A stretch of DNA of 63,714 nt, counting the filler, from Catajapyx aquilonaris (lineage: Eukaryota), in assembly GCA_000934665.2 (NCBI GenBank). It is 2 parts of 2 records of this genome, joined end to end, with 100 filler letters (N's around TTAATTAATTAA, not from the genome) between each part and the next. Parts side by side here need not be neighbours in the genome. Positions count along the whole stretch, not along the records: positions 31,855 to 63,714 come from JYFJ02004492.1; 1 more part is not named here. One strand, 5' to 3'. Under the pieces are notes generated by a model, which saw nothing but the letters and a program-made list of their open reading frames with translations, was not told where the DNA came from and ran no database searches. Positions 35,801 through 49,182 of this stretch are shown here, piece by piece; position 1 is the stretch's first letter, and each line of letters opens with the position of its first letter. Both the position numbers and the translations under genes were made by a program.

Positions 35801-38800
35801 CTTAAAGGTGCCCCACTTAAACTTCTTGAGATTCTAAGTGATGCCTGCATATGAGCTGCCATTTTCAGTCACGCATTGTCAGTATTCATTCTTCAGCTAT
35901 TTAAGTGGAATATCTGTGTTGCATCATCTCCAGAAAATATTTTGCAGGTGAGAACTTAGGTAGTGACCAGTAGACAAATAAATGGGTTGGGCAGGGAAAG
36001 AGTTCAATGCATGCTGACAAAATGTGCACTTACGTTAGAGAACAGCTCCCATCGATGGGGCAGGTGGGCATCCATTTCATGCAAGTGTTGCTGAGGGGAT
36101 TCCCAAAGAAGGTGTGGACAGTGTGCTTGTCTCTTTTCCCACTTGACTCTCACACTGAAATGTTTCCTGGTCAAATTATTCATATTTCTTCAGAGTGCAG
36201 ACCCATACACAGATGCCGATGTGGGAATCAAGGCTAGCTGCACAATGAAAAAAAAGAAGAAGAATGCTGAAAGAGAATTTTGTGCTGATCCAGAGCATGT
36301 AAAATTAGTACATTCTGAAAGTAAGAGCTGTTTGGGCATGAGTATGCAGTAGTAGTTGAAGATTTGTCCCATCATGCTGATTTGTAGTTTGTTGGGGGAA
36401 ATGGTGTCCAAATGGCCCTCTAGGAACACTATTATACAGGGTGTTTCTTACTAATATGTCGTCTGGTCAGTAGTATACTCCTTGGCACAAAACAAGTCAA
36501 AAAGTGGGTTAGAAATGTCAAAGGAGCAGCTGGTAATAAGGGAGGCAACGAGACACACATTGGCCTGCCCCTTGACACATGTCAACATACATTACACCTG
36601 TTTGTAGAGAGATCACCTAAAAGCTTGACCAGCATACCTTGCAATAGTTACCTAGGGAGCAGAATGTGAGCATGATGATAATGATTATTACCAATGGAGT
36701 TTTGTGAGATCGCCTCTTCTGCTGTAGTGATAATAATCACACTCATATGCTGCTCCCTAGACAACTACACTGTTAGGTATGCAGGTCCACCCATCAGGTG
36801 ATCTCCCTACAAGAAGGCAGTGTGTGTATTGCCATGTACTATGGGATTTAAATTGTTTTGGCCACTTCGTCCGGACTCTTTGGTTCATCCTGCTCTTGAA
36901 GCAACCCGTTGCACATGTCCCAAGGTGAGTACGTGTGTTTCAATGTTTATCTGCTGAGTTTTTTTTCCCTCCGCCCTTAATCTCACTTTCTCCTCCGGCA
37001 GCTCGCTTATCTGTCTTTGTAAGCTGCGAGGTGCCTCCAAAATTCTAGTAGGAAGGCAAGTATTGCGGTTTTATTTTGTTGGTTCTGATTGGTGTGATAA
37101 TCGATTCCGATCGAATGTCAATAAGTGCAATGCGTCGCTGTTCTGACAAAACCTCGTAAGCAACAAAAAACAAATTTCACAGGAGACACAAAAAACCGTT
37201 TTCCGAAGCCGTGAGTCGTAATAAAATTATGAGTCATTATTCCTAGCTTGCGTGGCCTGAACAGTCACCGGAAGATTCATTGTAATGGTCATATGAGACG
37301 GCTAGGTACAAACTAGTCGTCGCTGGCTACCCCATGTCTGGGATTAAGCCGTGATGTATGTATGTATGTATGTATGTATGTATGTATGTATGTATGTGTG
37401 TATGTATGTGTGTATGTATGTGTGTATGTATGTATGTATGTATGTATGTATGTATGTATGTATGTATGTATGTATTCATTCATTCATTCATTCATTCATT
37501 CATTCATTCATTCCTAGCTTGCCTAAATGATTACATGTAAGGCAGTAAATCCAGGTTTCGAACATCATGGCCTGTGGAATGATAATAAATAATGGTGCTT
37601 ATAGAATAGTAGTGTCCTGCCCCAAATGCCTCAGACGTGGTTTTATAGCAATAGGGTATAATAATTAAGAATGTGACCAGACACACCACAATGCACTCAT
37701 TTAAATTTTTTTTATTCACCAAAGGTTATTATCCATGAGCAAGGTTGTCATAAAAATCATGGCAATCAGGAGGAATTACATGTTTCAGTGATTGCAGGTG
37801 TCCATACTTGTCTGTGGAGATCTTCAATGGTGACTTATACAATGGCAGTACCTCAAAAGGGCCTTTATTCATCCGTCTGGGCAACATAGTCCACTCATCA
37901 GGGACACGTAACTTGTAGTATATTTCTCCCACAGGACAGTACTTGTACGCCTTTGTATAGTCACCCTTGGCTCCTACCACATGCTCAGCTGTCATGGCGG
38001 AACTGTTGCTTACATGGTTTTGCCTTGGGTTTTGCGCACAGAAAAGGCTTCCAACCAGATACGTGTTTCGGTCATGTGACCGCATGGAGCTTTTCCATTG
38101 GGCCAACGGTTACGATGTTTTCGCTGGACGTAAAGGGTGCCAGTTTGTTCTCGAATGTGCAATAAAACGTAATCGGCGCCTGGTGGTTTTGTCAGAACAG
38201 CGACGAATAGTTTTATTCTGGCATGCTGCTCAAAATGATAGGTAGGGATAGACCATGAATGAGTCGATCGAGTGTGATGGAAAACATTTACCGGGGCAAG
38301 TTATCTTCCGCGTTACATGGGAGGGAATGAATGCGGGGGTGGAGAAACAGTGGCAGATTACGTCTCGTTCATTTAGTTTGTGTGAGTGGGTCAAATTTTT
38401 TATGTAACATTTTTCGGAAAGTCTATCGTTTATCCGCACATAGCGACGCGGTGCTTCAAACATGTTGGCTACGCGTCGCAAACAACCGGTTGCCGGGAGA
38501 GCACAACAAAGGGCGTCTTCTTACCCCTGCCACGCGAACCGTTCAGACGAATGCTAGGACCACAGTATTAATGAAGGAGGTGGGAAATATGAAAGCCATG
38601 ATGGTTGCTGCAGTCCGTTAACCCAAAGAACGATATGATGTCACACCAGCCGTGTTTTCTGAGCATGTGCAGTAGTATGCCTGCAGAGTGAGTCGTGGGC
38701 ATGATTGGAGGGGAGAGCCGGGTGGTGGCGGGCGGAATTTGGCGTCATGTAGTTCGTTGGTTTAACGGACTGTGTGAAGGTGTACTTGGCGCCCCGTCAA

Positions 38801-40577
38801 ATGTTTTCCATCACACTCGATCGACTCTTTCATGGTCTATCCCTACCTATCATTTTGAGCAGCACGCCAGAATAAAACTATTGCACTTATTGACATTCGA
38901 TAGGAATCAATTAGCACACTAATCAGAGCCAGCAAAATAAAACCGCAATATTTGCCTTCCTACTAGAATTTTGGAGGCACCTTGCTGCTTACAAAGACAG
39001 ATAAGTAAGCTGGTGGAGGAGAAAGTGAGATTAAGGGCGGAGGGGGAAAAAACTCAGCAGATAACTACCGACACACACACGTACTCACCTTGGGACGTGT
39101 GCGGCTGGTTGCTTCAAGACCAGGATGAACGAAAGAGTCCGGACGAAGTGGCCAAAACAATTTGAATCCCATAGTATGTCTAGATGAAGGGCAATGCATC
39201 TGGGGTTGGCTTCCTCATTACTAACATTTCTCCCCCCTGCATTTTTGACATGTTTTGGGGCAAGAAGTATGCTGCCAGGCAGGTGACATGCAAGTAAGAA
39301 ACACCCTGTAAACTCAGTAGTGCGGTCTTCCTGTGACATGAGCCATGTGTAAAGGCATTTTGATTAAGGTCACGCTACATTTAGGTTAATTTCAATTAAC
39401 CCTATGCAGGTTTGATGGAAAAGAAGAGGGTTAATGTACAGGAAGAGCTAGAAGCTTTTGATGCCCGCCGTCGCCGACGTGATGAAGGAGCACCTCCAGA
39501 GCGCACCTTAAGATCGCTTGTGGGAGATGTAAAGCAAAAAGCTGCCGTTGTTGCTGAGGAACCGTTTGAACCTGCTGATGAAAGTGAAAAGAGGGGTAAG
39601 CTCCTGAGCACTACTTTTGGGATGCCGGACGGTGTAATGCACTCAATGTGAAAGCCCAAGGGCCAGCCAGGTGGCAGGTGATTCCATCATCCAAAGAATG
39701 TTGCTGAAAGTGTGGTGTTGCAATACCTCAAAGGCTGTCTTAGAATTATTTAGTTAATTCATATCAGTTTTACTGTTTTAATATTTTATGATATGGTTAA
39801 CTCATTAACTGGCCCAAATTATTGTAAAATGTACTATCAACTATAATAATTCAGAGCAATGAGATGTAGTTGAATTAACCACCGAACAGATTGTAAAATA
39901 TCAAGCCAGGGATCTTTCACTCAATCTCTGGATGCCAGAATGAACTGACAAACATGTTGCCACCTCAGCTAAGAAAACTGCATGACAGGAAGCACATCTT
40001 TCATACGAGATTTTCTGTCAGGGTTGTGTCAGGGGGATGAGCCAATAATATAGTGTTGGACATTAATCAAGGCATGCTGCTAGCGACATTTTCCGAAGCG
40101 GCAGAAGAAGGAATCTTGCTTGCCCAGCTTGCAGTATCCTTATCTTGGATTCCTTCTTCTGCCGCTTCGGAAAATGTCGCTAGCAATATGCCTCGATTAA
40201 TGTCCAACACTGTACATATACTTGGTATGCTGACAGCCTCTGCTTTTATGGAGTTATTGCTTCAAAGACACATGAATATTACATTGTTTTTTTTTGCAAG
40301 GTTGAGAAAAATTTGGTAATTAGGAAAATTGTGAAAAGTGGCCTTGTTGATGAGATTGTTTCTGTTGACAGAAGTGGCGATGGACATAAATGACCTGAAT
40401 GCGGAGAGGAAAGATGAGGCTGAGGAAGGAGAGAGCGAATATGCAATGCTTGAGGTTTCGACTGAACAAGAGTTGAATACTGAAATGGAGGCGGAAACAG
40501 ATGTTGAGAGCTTTCCTACCAGTCAGGTGATGACCATTGATGTGGATGAAAATGAGTTCCAGCCATTGTATGATTAA
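32814..40577 (+). CDS. PNN: Pinin, 3' exons: 32814-32952, 39410-39595, 40372-40577 (5' exons not visible)
   Basis: LEEWEKQH..FVHTKAEPHICYLP..RLDASRK..LMEKKR..EELEAFDAR resembles the pinin/SDK/memA domain; GT-AG sites with matching phase 1/1; AATAAA at ~40593. Confidence 0.85.
33063..35112. mobile_element. PIF/Harbinger-like non-autonomous element
   Basis: TAA TSD; TIR AGGTCTGAACTC.TATCGACTTGAAACTACGACTTGT, with the left copy split by a SINE. Confidence 0.85.
33085..33365 (+). mobile_element. tRNA-derived SINE family 1 (V/Meta-domain-like core); second copy at 54273-54546 (-)
   Basis: A/B boxes; (ATT)n tail; 15-bp TSD AACTCATATCGACTT; 17-bp TSD at the second copy. Confidence 0.9.
35349..35779. 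mobile_element. hAT (Charlie/Buster-like) MITE
   Basis: 8-bp TSD GTCTAGAT; TIR CAG..GTTCTTAAACTGT. Confidence 0.9.
37252..37509 (+). mobile_element. 3' end of an RTE-like LINE/SINE with (TGTA)n/(TTCA)n tail
   Basis: 13-bp TSD ATTCCTAGCTTGC; TACCCC..GGGA..GCCGTGA before the microsatellite. Confidence 0.75.
38209..38879. mobile_element. MITE with ~80-bp TIRs inserted in the Sola-like TIR
   Basis: AGTTTTATTCTGGC...GCCAGAATAAAACT flanked by AT. Confidence 0.75.
40050..40213. mobile_element. Palindromic MITE; related copy at 59798-59960
   Basis: Near-perfect foldback with GCGACATTTTCC.GAAGCGGCAGAAGAAGGAATC arms. Confidence 0.75.
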
Positions 40578-41060
40578 AAACACTAATAATAATAATAAAA
40601 CTTTCAACACAATATAAGAGTTTCATTTGTGCATGAAGAGTGTAGACAAATGTTGTTACATTAGGGTAATGCCAACATATTCCAATTTACTAATTTTTGA
40701 GAAATTTTACATGCGAATGACACAATTCCTGTTTCCTGATCATTTTCTCTTATATGGTGATTCACAAACTATATGGCAGGTGTCGGTGTGTGATAAAAGT
40801 AGATGATCACCAATACCACAATTTGTCTGGAGGCCATCATCTCTTCATGTGGAAGGGAATGGTAGTTCTGGACACAATCACAGTGGCAACATGCACAGAA
40901 CCTTTTGGCAGTAAACTTGAATTTGCAGGTGCAAAAAGTTGGCTCCCTAAGTGTGCTGCATGTGCTGTGCTGAGTTTATAAACTGGAATGCATACAGGGT
41001 GGTCAGTATCTCCTGCATAATGGAGCAGGCAGGGTGATTTCCTGGCCTATTCCATGCTCT

Positions 41061-41429
41061 TAGAATAGGAAGGTCTGGTCACTCCCCTCTTCTCGCTTCT
41101 TATCGCCTTTTGGGGCTGACGGGGTGGTTTGCTGCGGGTGGCCGTGAGAGTGCTTGTGTTCAGGGGTGAGACCTGTGGCGACGCTACTGGACTCCTCTAA
41201 ACTTATGTAAACAGGAGTTCCATGAGCGCTCACCGAAGGGGATAGTATGGGTGTAGATGTATATTTACTCTATGGCTCTCATGGAGCTCCTCTTTTACGT
41301 TTGGAGGAGTCCAGTAGGGTCGCCACAGGTCTCACCCCTGAAGACAAGCACTCTTGCAGCCACCTGCCGCAAACCACCCCCGTCAACCCCTAGGCGATAA
41401 GAGGGGAGTGACCAGACCGTACTATTCTA
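41061..41429. mobile_element. Foldback MITE
   Basis: ~170-bp inverted arms TAGAATAG..CTATTCTA. Confidence 0.8.
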
Positions 41430-42370
41430 AAACAATGGCCTATTCCAAGACTCAAATGCTCTCTCATTTTGGGTTGGCAGGTGCCTCTAGACACATGCAG
41501 CAACACAATACAACAACTGGGAGATTGCCTGGCAAATTGACCTGCCCACATACAGTATTTGAGCATGATAATGATTACTCTGAATGAGCAACTTCACAAA
41601 ATCTCATCAGTAATCAACATCCATGCTCATATATTATTCTCCCTAGGCAACCACTGAACAGTACGGTGCATGCATTGGGGCAATCTGCCAGGTGATCTCT
41701 ACACAAGGGTTTCATATGTTGCCATGTGTGTCTAGCGTATTAGGCCAATGATTACGCAGGGTACAGTAAAATTAGGGGACTTCGGACGTATGGGGTGAAA
41801 TCTGACACTTACACTTTTCTTTGCTTGGGTCAGTGTGGACACTCACTGGGAATCCAAAAAAGCTGTTTCTCAAGGGCATTTGGTACTACAGTGGGTTCAA
41901 GAGCTGCACATTGAGAGTACTTCTTACACACTTAATTCCCCGACTCAAAATCAACGTACATTAGGATATGAATGTTACAGTAACTACTCTAACTAGTGCT
42001 CACACTCCCCTACTGCACGGAAGTAAACTGAAACACTTCCGACTTGTGATGTCATGATTCCTCTCCTTTGTCCCAGAGTATTGGTTGGGGCAAAAATTCA
42101 GGGTTGTAAATGCGTTAAATTTGATATCTTTCTGTAATTTTGTGGGGTGACTTTGGACATGGGGAGGAAGTACGTCAAAGTTGTGTGTGTGTGTGTGGGG
42201 GGNGGGGAGGAGAGGTCTTATACCAACACTACAAGAGTGAGGACCTTGAATGGGCTGTGCCTGATGTGAAAAGCAAAGTTCTTTACATCAGGGCAGCAAA
42301 AAATCAGCAGAAAAGGACCAGGTCCTATGCAGCACCATTTTGGACATGGTCAGAAAACAAACATTTAGAG

Positions 42371-42669
42371 CAGCGGTTCTCAACCGGTAGGGTGCGAAGG
42401 GGAGGCAAGGGGGAATCAAAAAATTATGTGACTCGAAACAGGCACAAAAGTTGCACTGATTAGGTAAGAACTACTCAGGGCTTACTGTAGCATGCAGTTC
42501 TGCATAATTTGTGCAGTTCTACATAATTTGTGCAGTTCTACATAATTTGTGCAGTTCTGAATAAGGATTTGTAAAGTCAGATAGCAGACAAGTCTGTTAT
42601 ATCCGGATTCAACTGCACTTGAAATTACTTTCCAGGGGGGCCCGACATGGCAAAGGTTGAGAACCGCTG
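42371..42669. mobile_element. hAT-like MITE with an internal 20-bp tandem repeat
   Basis: TIR CAGCGGTTCTCAACC. Confidence 0.7.
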
Positions 42670-43780
42670 GCCTAGGCGATGGAAGTGTCGTAAGCAGTAT
42701 CCGACACCTATGAGGTGGGATAATGTACTTTTTATTTAATGCTAATTATCTCGGTAACTATGCATCGCAGACCCATGATGCATACACTTGTCAAAGTGAT
42801 CGCCTAGAACACCTCTATCATTTCCCAAAGCAACGGTAGATTAAATTTCCGAATGCTGTATAACTCAGCAAAATTCGGCTAGTTTGTTTGTGGAAGAAGT
42901 TAAAGCAACTATAGCTAGCTACCAAAGCAACAACGGCTACAACAAGATGGTTATAGATGGAGAGATAACGGTGGTGTCTCTGCTCTTTGGCTGTCTCCAC
43001 CTACACCACCAAGGCCTTTTTACACCTTCAGTGACCCTGATGCTGACTGGCTGCGGATGACTTTGCTTAAGCTACCAGCAATGTAGCTGTCGGTGTTGTC
43101 AGACAACAGAAGTCTCACAACCAGAACATGGCACGGTGGAGATGTTATGGGAGGGCAACGTTCGTCTAGAACCTCTAACCCAGGGGTTCTCAATCTTTTC
43201 GGGCTTCCGCACCCCTTTGAAGACAGCCATCAATATTGCTCTCCAATATAGTGATTACCTTGCACAGTGTGCACAGTGTCCTGAGTTGAGATGTGAAACT
43301 AGTATTTAGGCCAGTACCATAGCAATTTTCCCTGTTATTGCCCTTGCCTTTGTGGAATTATTACTTTCAGAATAATTTTAATGAACATAAATCTAACAGG
43401 CAAGCATAATATAACATGTGTTTCATAACCGAGTCTATATCAGTAGAGGATGAAGTGTTGTGGTCTCTGCTGTACTTCATCAAGTTCCTGCACCAGCTAT
43501 TTTCAAGCCTGCTCACAAACAAGCAATGCTATTTGCAATAACAGACATTCTCATCACCTGAAAGTGGATTCCAGCCTGCATAATTATCTAACATACTTGA
43601 TATTTGTTACTATAGGGGTTCCACATTGATCATGACATTCACTACTGTGTGAATTGAGTACTCACTTGTTCTGGATTTACCATTAATCAAGCAACTGGTC
43701 CTGAGTAGTATTGAATCATATTATAGTGACAATAGGGTAGGGGTAGACTATATCCCGAGAGGGTACTGAAACCTGTGGCG

Positions 43781-43816
<36 letters not shown>

Positions 43817-43844
43817 NNCCCCCCCCACACACACACCTCCTCAC

Positions 43845-44100
43845 ATAGTTCTGTTCTGAATTAGCTGTGGGGACATGAAAATTCAACTTTTCGAAGCTAG
43901 TGTAAACTAACCTAACCTAACCATACCTAACCTACCCTACCCTACCCTAACTCACCTAGGCTGAGAAAAATGGACTTTTGTGAAACCCTACGAATGAAAA
44001 TAGTGAGGACATGTCCCCACTATTTTTTTCATGTCCCCACATTTATAGTAAAATCAAAAAAACACACAAACTTCCGTCCCCTGAGCTAATTGAAGACCTG
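43845..44100. mobile_element. TIR element with internal (CCTAA)n sitting in (CA)n; second copy at ~48325-48660
   Basis: GGGGAC/GTCCCC subterminal repeats; shared core; CA repeats on both flanks of both copies. Confidence 0.65.
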
Positions 44101-47003
44101 TACACACACACAGAGGAATCTACTGGGGGGGTCAGTTTGGGTTGGCCGCCTTCGGAACCAACCCAAACCGGCGTTTCCTTGGAAGGCGTTAGCAGACTAG
44201 GATTCGGATGGCTGGCAGCGGTAGATCCCTGTGGAGGGGCGGCAGGGCCAAATTCCCCGCATGGCGGAGATTTTTATATTAAACAACCGCATTGTATGGG
44301 GTTATCCTAAGGTCAAAATAAGAGTGGGGGTCTCCTGCAGGCATAGTTCCAGTGCTGCCGGAAATGGGACTGAGGAGATGATGGCACTTGGAAGCAACTC
44401 TGTGATTGGCAAAGGCAGCAGCATATAGCGTATCACTTTCGTGTGGCCCGTCTTGCTCTTACCCGCCGGGGTTTGGCAGCTTGGAGGTGCGGTGGGATTG
44501 GCACCACTTTCCGACAGTGGGGGAAGAGGGAGGCGGGAGTAAAATAAGAAAAAAGAGAGGGCAACGAGGAGAGAGGAAAGATGTGTGTGCAGCGGGTGTG
44601 AGCAGAGAGTGTGGGTAGTGGGTGTACCGAGAGGGAATTAGACAGCAATAAAACACGAGTTGATTGAAAGAGTTGTGTGGATAGCATTTACTGTAATAAG
44701 CACATGCCTGCAGGGTTACACACAAATGAGTCTTCACCTTCTACTATTTTGGCCACTCACCCCGCGGGATCAGGATTTGGGTAAGCCTGGAAAACACATG
44801 CATAAAATTGCATCATAATATGCACCTAATATTTTTTAAAGCGTCACACTGACTTACACGGAGAACTTGTCTCTGAATGCTTGGATGTAGTCTGGACTGA
44901 ATGCAGGTAGGGATGCGTCTCCGCCGTATCCTGACAGAAGTTCGCACACGTTGTCCATGTGTTCTTTCTTGTTTGGTTCCTTAAAACAGGCTTCCATACC
45001 CTGGAAGAAGCAAAAGTGTGCAAAATAATGCCAACTTGTAAAAGAATACTTGACTCAGCCAGATCTATACTCACAAAAACCCGAAAGCAATCAACCATAA
45101 ATATCATAGAGAGCATCTGTAACATTGCCACAATACACCATGTGATCCATTGTCAAGAACAAATATTTATTCAACGCAAATGAAGCACCCAGAATGAAAA
45201 TGCGCATAACTCCAAAATAACAAATTTTTCAGGGGAACGTTTTTTCTGCCTCCTGTTGTTAGCACCTAAATAAGTGAAACGTGGCTTCACATGGTCAAGG
45301 ACTATGTTATAAGCTGCTACTTCCACCACTGACAGACTGGTTTCTCCACATGGGATAGGCGCCAAATCAAGATATATCATGTGGAGTTAGGTTCCTTTCA
45401 TTCTTGATGAACACTTTTATCGAGGTAACTGTACACTCCTGCTGTGGATTATGGATAAATGCATGTTAATCAATTTCATTCTGTATTGCTTTGTTGGTGC
45501 AGCATTCATTCCCACAGGCATCAAAAAATACATCATATATACATCAAATTCCTTACAATACAGACACACTGATTTACTAATCAGAATCTGAGTCATTGTC
45601 ACCGTCAAGAGACTTTAATGACCTGATCAATCGGTCAGCTTCAGCTGATTTGAGGTACAGTTTCAGAACATCTGTCAATTTTGCAGACTTGACTGGAATG
45701 AATTCCTTGTACAATGCTTCCGTAGGAAATGAGACACATGTTGCTTTCCTCTGTCCAACATATGACTGCCACAGAGAACCAGACTAGACTTTGTTTGTGA
45801 TACCCTGACCTGAAACTTGTGCACCTTTGAGTATTCCAGAATCCAGAATCTTGCGCTTTGAAATCAGAAGCAGTGACAGACCATGTAAAAATCGGAGCAA
45901 AATGCCCTTTGAAATCATGGAAATCATGACCATTCATGATAATGACATCAAACTTTGCCCCAACCAACATTTTGGACAAATGACTATCGCCATGCACCAG
46001 GCCACTGAGAATGAAAGCAACCATACTCCCCTCAAAAAATTAGGTCGGGGTTTTGGCCCCTTCTTATCCCGTGTTCCGTGTGGAATTAGGTAAGGGTGTT
46101 TCCTCTCTGCAGCTGTTGCACCTAGGCTTGAGGTACCCTTTGCGATCATAAACAGAATTTTTTATTATTATTATTATTTAGTTATGCGCGTTTTCTTTCT
46201 GGGTGCTTCAAATGTTACCTTACAGGCATTATGTATGCATTTTGTCTTTTTCCAAGGGGTCCTCAGTACACATTACACAATAATCTATTAACAGTACTAT
46301 CAGTATTAACACTGGCAATGCAAAACAACAAAATCTAAAACAGGATTCATTGATTATGCTAAAAATACTTAAGAAAATAATATTACATCAAAAAATTAAT
46401 ATTTCCATTCTCACATTTGTTACACCACACAGGCTGTTATCATGACAGCTCCCTACAACATGGTCATAATACTTCCATGCAAAATTGTGTTACCACATGC
46501 AACCTTGACCCACAATGCACAGTGGTCCGGAAGTGATTGGGACCCCTAATTCACACAGAATTTTTTTTAAATTTCTTATTCTACATCTAACCCCTCTAAA
46601 TAAACAGGAAATAAATAAAAGGACCTTCTACGTATTACTGCAACTTGCAGACAAAAGTGAAACATCATCTCTCTCCAAATATTAGACCTTGTCCTGCCAC
46701 ATCCGTTGGTGCATGAACTTTATTTCATACTAGTGTCTGTCAAAACCATTAGCATATAAAACTACGATGACATTCATTGCTCTACAGACTCAAGAGGCAA
46801 AAATGTGCACACTGGTCCATGGACCACTGTGCCCCGGAGGGCAGCAACTGACATGATGTTACGAATCGTAGCTTCCATTTCAAATGGCGCTTTCCAAATC
46901 CCAGCATTTATGGACAAAGGATGGGGGCCATCCATAAATTACGTAACGCTGATTTTCAGGTTTTTGAACCCCCCCCCCCCCCCCCCCCATGTAACGCATA
47001 GTA

Positions 47004-47324
47004 ATAATAATAATAATAATAATAATTTGATACCCCATTATCAGCCTACGGGCCTTCCTAGGGGGGGATTTCTCCCAATTTTTTTTTTTTTGTCTGGAAC
47101 TCTTCCATTTTTTACTATTTTTCTCATCTTCGGAATGAAGCAGGGAAAGGGAAGGAAGGAAGCGGCTGTGGCCTATATTACGGTAACGACCCCGGAATTC
47201 TCCTGCAAGGACCATGGGAAACCACAGAAAACCATGGTCAGGGTCGCCGGCCTCCGGGATTCGAACCCGGGACCTCCCGATTAGCAGTCGGACACCTTAC
47301 CACTACACCACTACTGCTTCGGTT
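47004..47324 (-). mobile_element. tRNA-derived SINE family 3; second copy at ~62664-62988 (-)
   Basis: A/B boxes, (ATT)n tail, TSDs. Confidence 0.85.
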
Positions 47325-47339
47325 ATGTAACGCATAGTA

Positions 47340-47706
47340 TTTTTATTATTATTTTATTTATTTATTTTTATTAATTTACCCCGTGCCAGGCATCAATGGC
47401 CTATTTGGGGGGTGGCACACCACCATCAGTTTTCTCTGTCATTTTTCTTCAGTCACCGGTGCAAGGAGTCAAGGATATAGGGTAGGGGTAGGGATTTTTG
47501 GGGAGGGAACATGGGGTGCAAGTGCAATGTCTACAACATGGGTCATGTGCTGTCCCCCAGGAGGTTAGGTTGCAAGACACCTCCTTGGTGCAGGTCAGAG
47601 ACCCTCCCGACGCAGGTGAAAGGAAAGTTCCCCAGGCGGGGATCGAACCTGGGGCCGTTCACTCAGCAAGCCGTGACGTTACCATCACGGCCACCACACC
47701 TCCCCA
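47340..47706 (-). mobile_element. tRNA-derived SINE family 2; copies at 50258-50618 (-) and 54815-55156 (+)
   Basis: GGTTCGATCCCC B box; 14-16-bp TSDs at each copy. Confidence 0.9.
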
Positions 47707-48829
47707 TTGTAACGCATAGTAACGCTGAGTCAGACCCCCCTGTACCCCCATGTAACACATACCTTACGTTATGAAATGGAATTTTCCAATTAATTGTATT
47801 TAAATTAGGGCATTACGTAACGGTCGGCCTGACCCCCCCCCCCCATTGTAACGGCATGTCACGCTGGCGTCGACCCCCCCCCCCCCAAAGCGTTACGTAA
47901 TTTATGGATGGCTCCATGGCACTAATCAACAACATTTTTACACCAGGGTCATGCCCAGCATCTACACCTGACATGGCATTTAAAGATTTTAAACTGTGGG
48001 TTAGAAGTAACTTCACTACCTTTCAAGTACCTTTCCCCTGATACAGCAGGATCGCAGGCATCTCACCAATAGTGACCTGTTCCACGAGGTAGCGTACCAG
48101 ATGAAGACATTATTCCGATTTCTAATATTTTTAAAATGGGAAGGACCACTGTGCCCCGGTCTCCCCAACAAACAATGGGACACACTTCGCGCACTACCAA
48201 AGTCTGATTCTCCATCATATCACTGGCAGGTTTTAGCCACAACTTAGGCCTGAGGGGAGAGTCGCCAGTAGAACCGCAACTACTTTGTGGGCCAAACGAA
48301 ACACACACACACACACACACACACCCTCTTGTCTTGACTAAGGCGTGGGGACGGACATTGATCACTTTTCACTGCGAGTGTAAACTGATCTAACCTAACC
48401 TAACCTAACCTAACCTACCCTACCCTACCTAACCTACCCTACCCTAAGTAACCTAGGCTGAGAAAAATGGACTTTTGTGAAACCCTACAAATGAAAATAG
48501 TGGGGACATGTCCCCACTAATTTACACATGTCCCCACTGTAATGGTACACTTCGCGTGTGTGAGACTGTGGGGACCGACAAATGTCCCCACAATTGGAAC
48601 TGGTCCCCACAGCTACAGTAAAACCACAGACTTCCGTCCCCAGACCTTAGTCAAGACCTGATCACACCCACACCCACACACACCCACACCCACGCACACC
48701 CACACACAAACAAATTCATTGGTACCTGAGAGTCACACTGTCACATCTCATTTGCACGAGTAGAAACTAAAAACTTGGCACACCAAAATGTGCATGCCTG
48801 TCTATAGCGGGTAGCCCTCCCTGAACTTT

Positions 48830-49182
48830 TAAAATAATAATAATAATAATCCGGGTAGTGTATGAACTCCTTAGGAGTTATATGGCAGGGACCTTTATTA
48901 CTCATATACATTAGTATACATCAGGACCTGATAACGTAGCGCCCAGGCCCATAGGCAGGGTGACAGGAGGGGATGTGCAAGGTGCAGCGCAATGTCTTAA
49001 TGTGGCCATTTTCAGTGAACTCCTCCGGGTGGTTTAGTCTATTGGAAATACCACCAGAGACGAAGCCAGAGGTGACCCTGAACTCTGCACGAGATGAAGG
49101 GGGTGTCCCCGGGCTGGGATCGAACCCGGGACCTTAACATCCGTGGGCGCATACGTTACAGCAGCACCACTCCACCTCCCCT
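48830..49182 (-). mobile_element. tRNA-derived SINE family 4
   Basis: B box GGTTCGATCCC; (ATT)n tail; TSD ~CCCTGAACTT. Confidence 0.75.

Larger units (their letters stand above)
36838..39175 (-). mobile_element. Sola1-like DNA transposon relic with ~300-bp TIRs
   Basis: 4-bp TSD ATGT; long TIRs; C-terminal motif PLKIS..KY..L..L...IP..H.FY..L in ORF 37729-38106. Confidence 0.65.
36437..39308. mobile_element. Tc1/mariner-like MITE (TIR CAGGGTGTTTCTTAC) hosting nested insertions
   Basis: TA TSD; related end at ~63468. Confidence 0.75.
46924..47915. mobile_element. Harbinger-like MITE containing two stacked SINEs
   Basis: TIR GG.GCCATCCATAAATTACGTAACGCT; 3-bp ATG duplication. Confidence 0.8.

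Noticed and set aside
36194..36320. FCADP motif resembling chemokines
   Set aside because: Five-residue coincidence; lacks the chemokine Cys framework
37355..37540. ORF MYVCMYVC..
   Set aside because: Microsatellite tail of a retroposon
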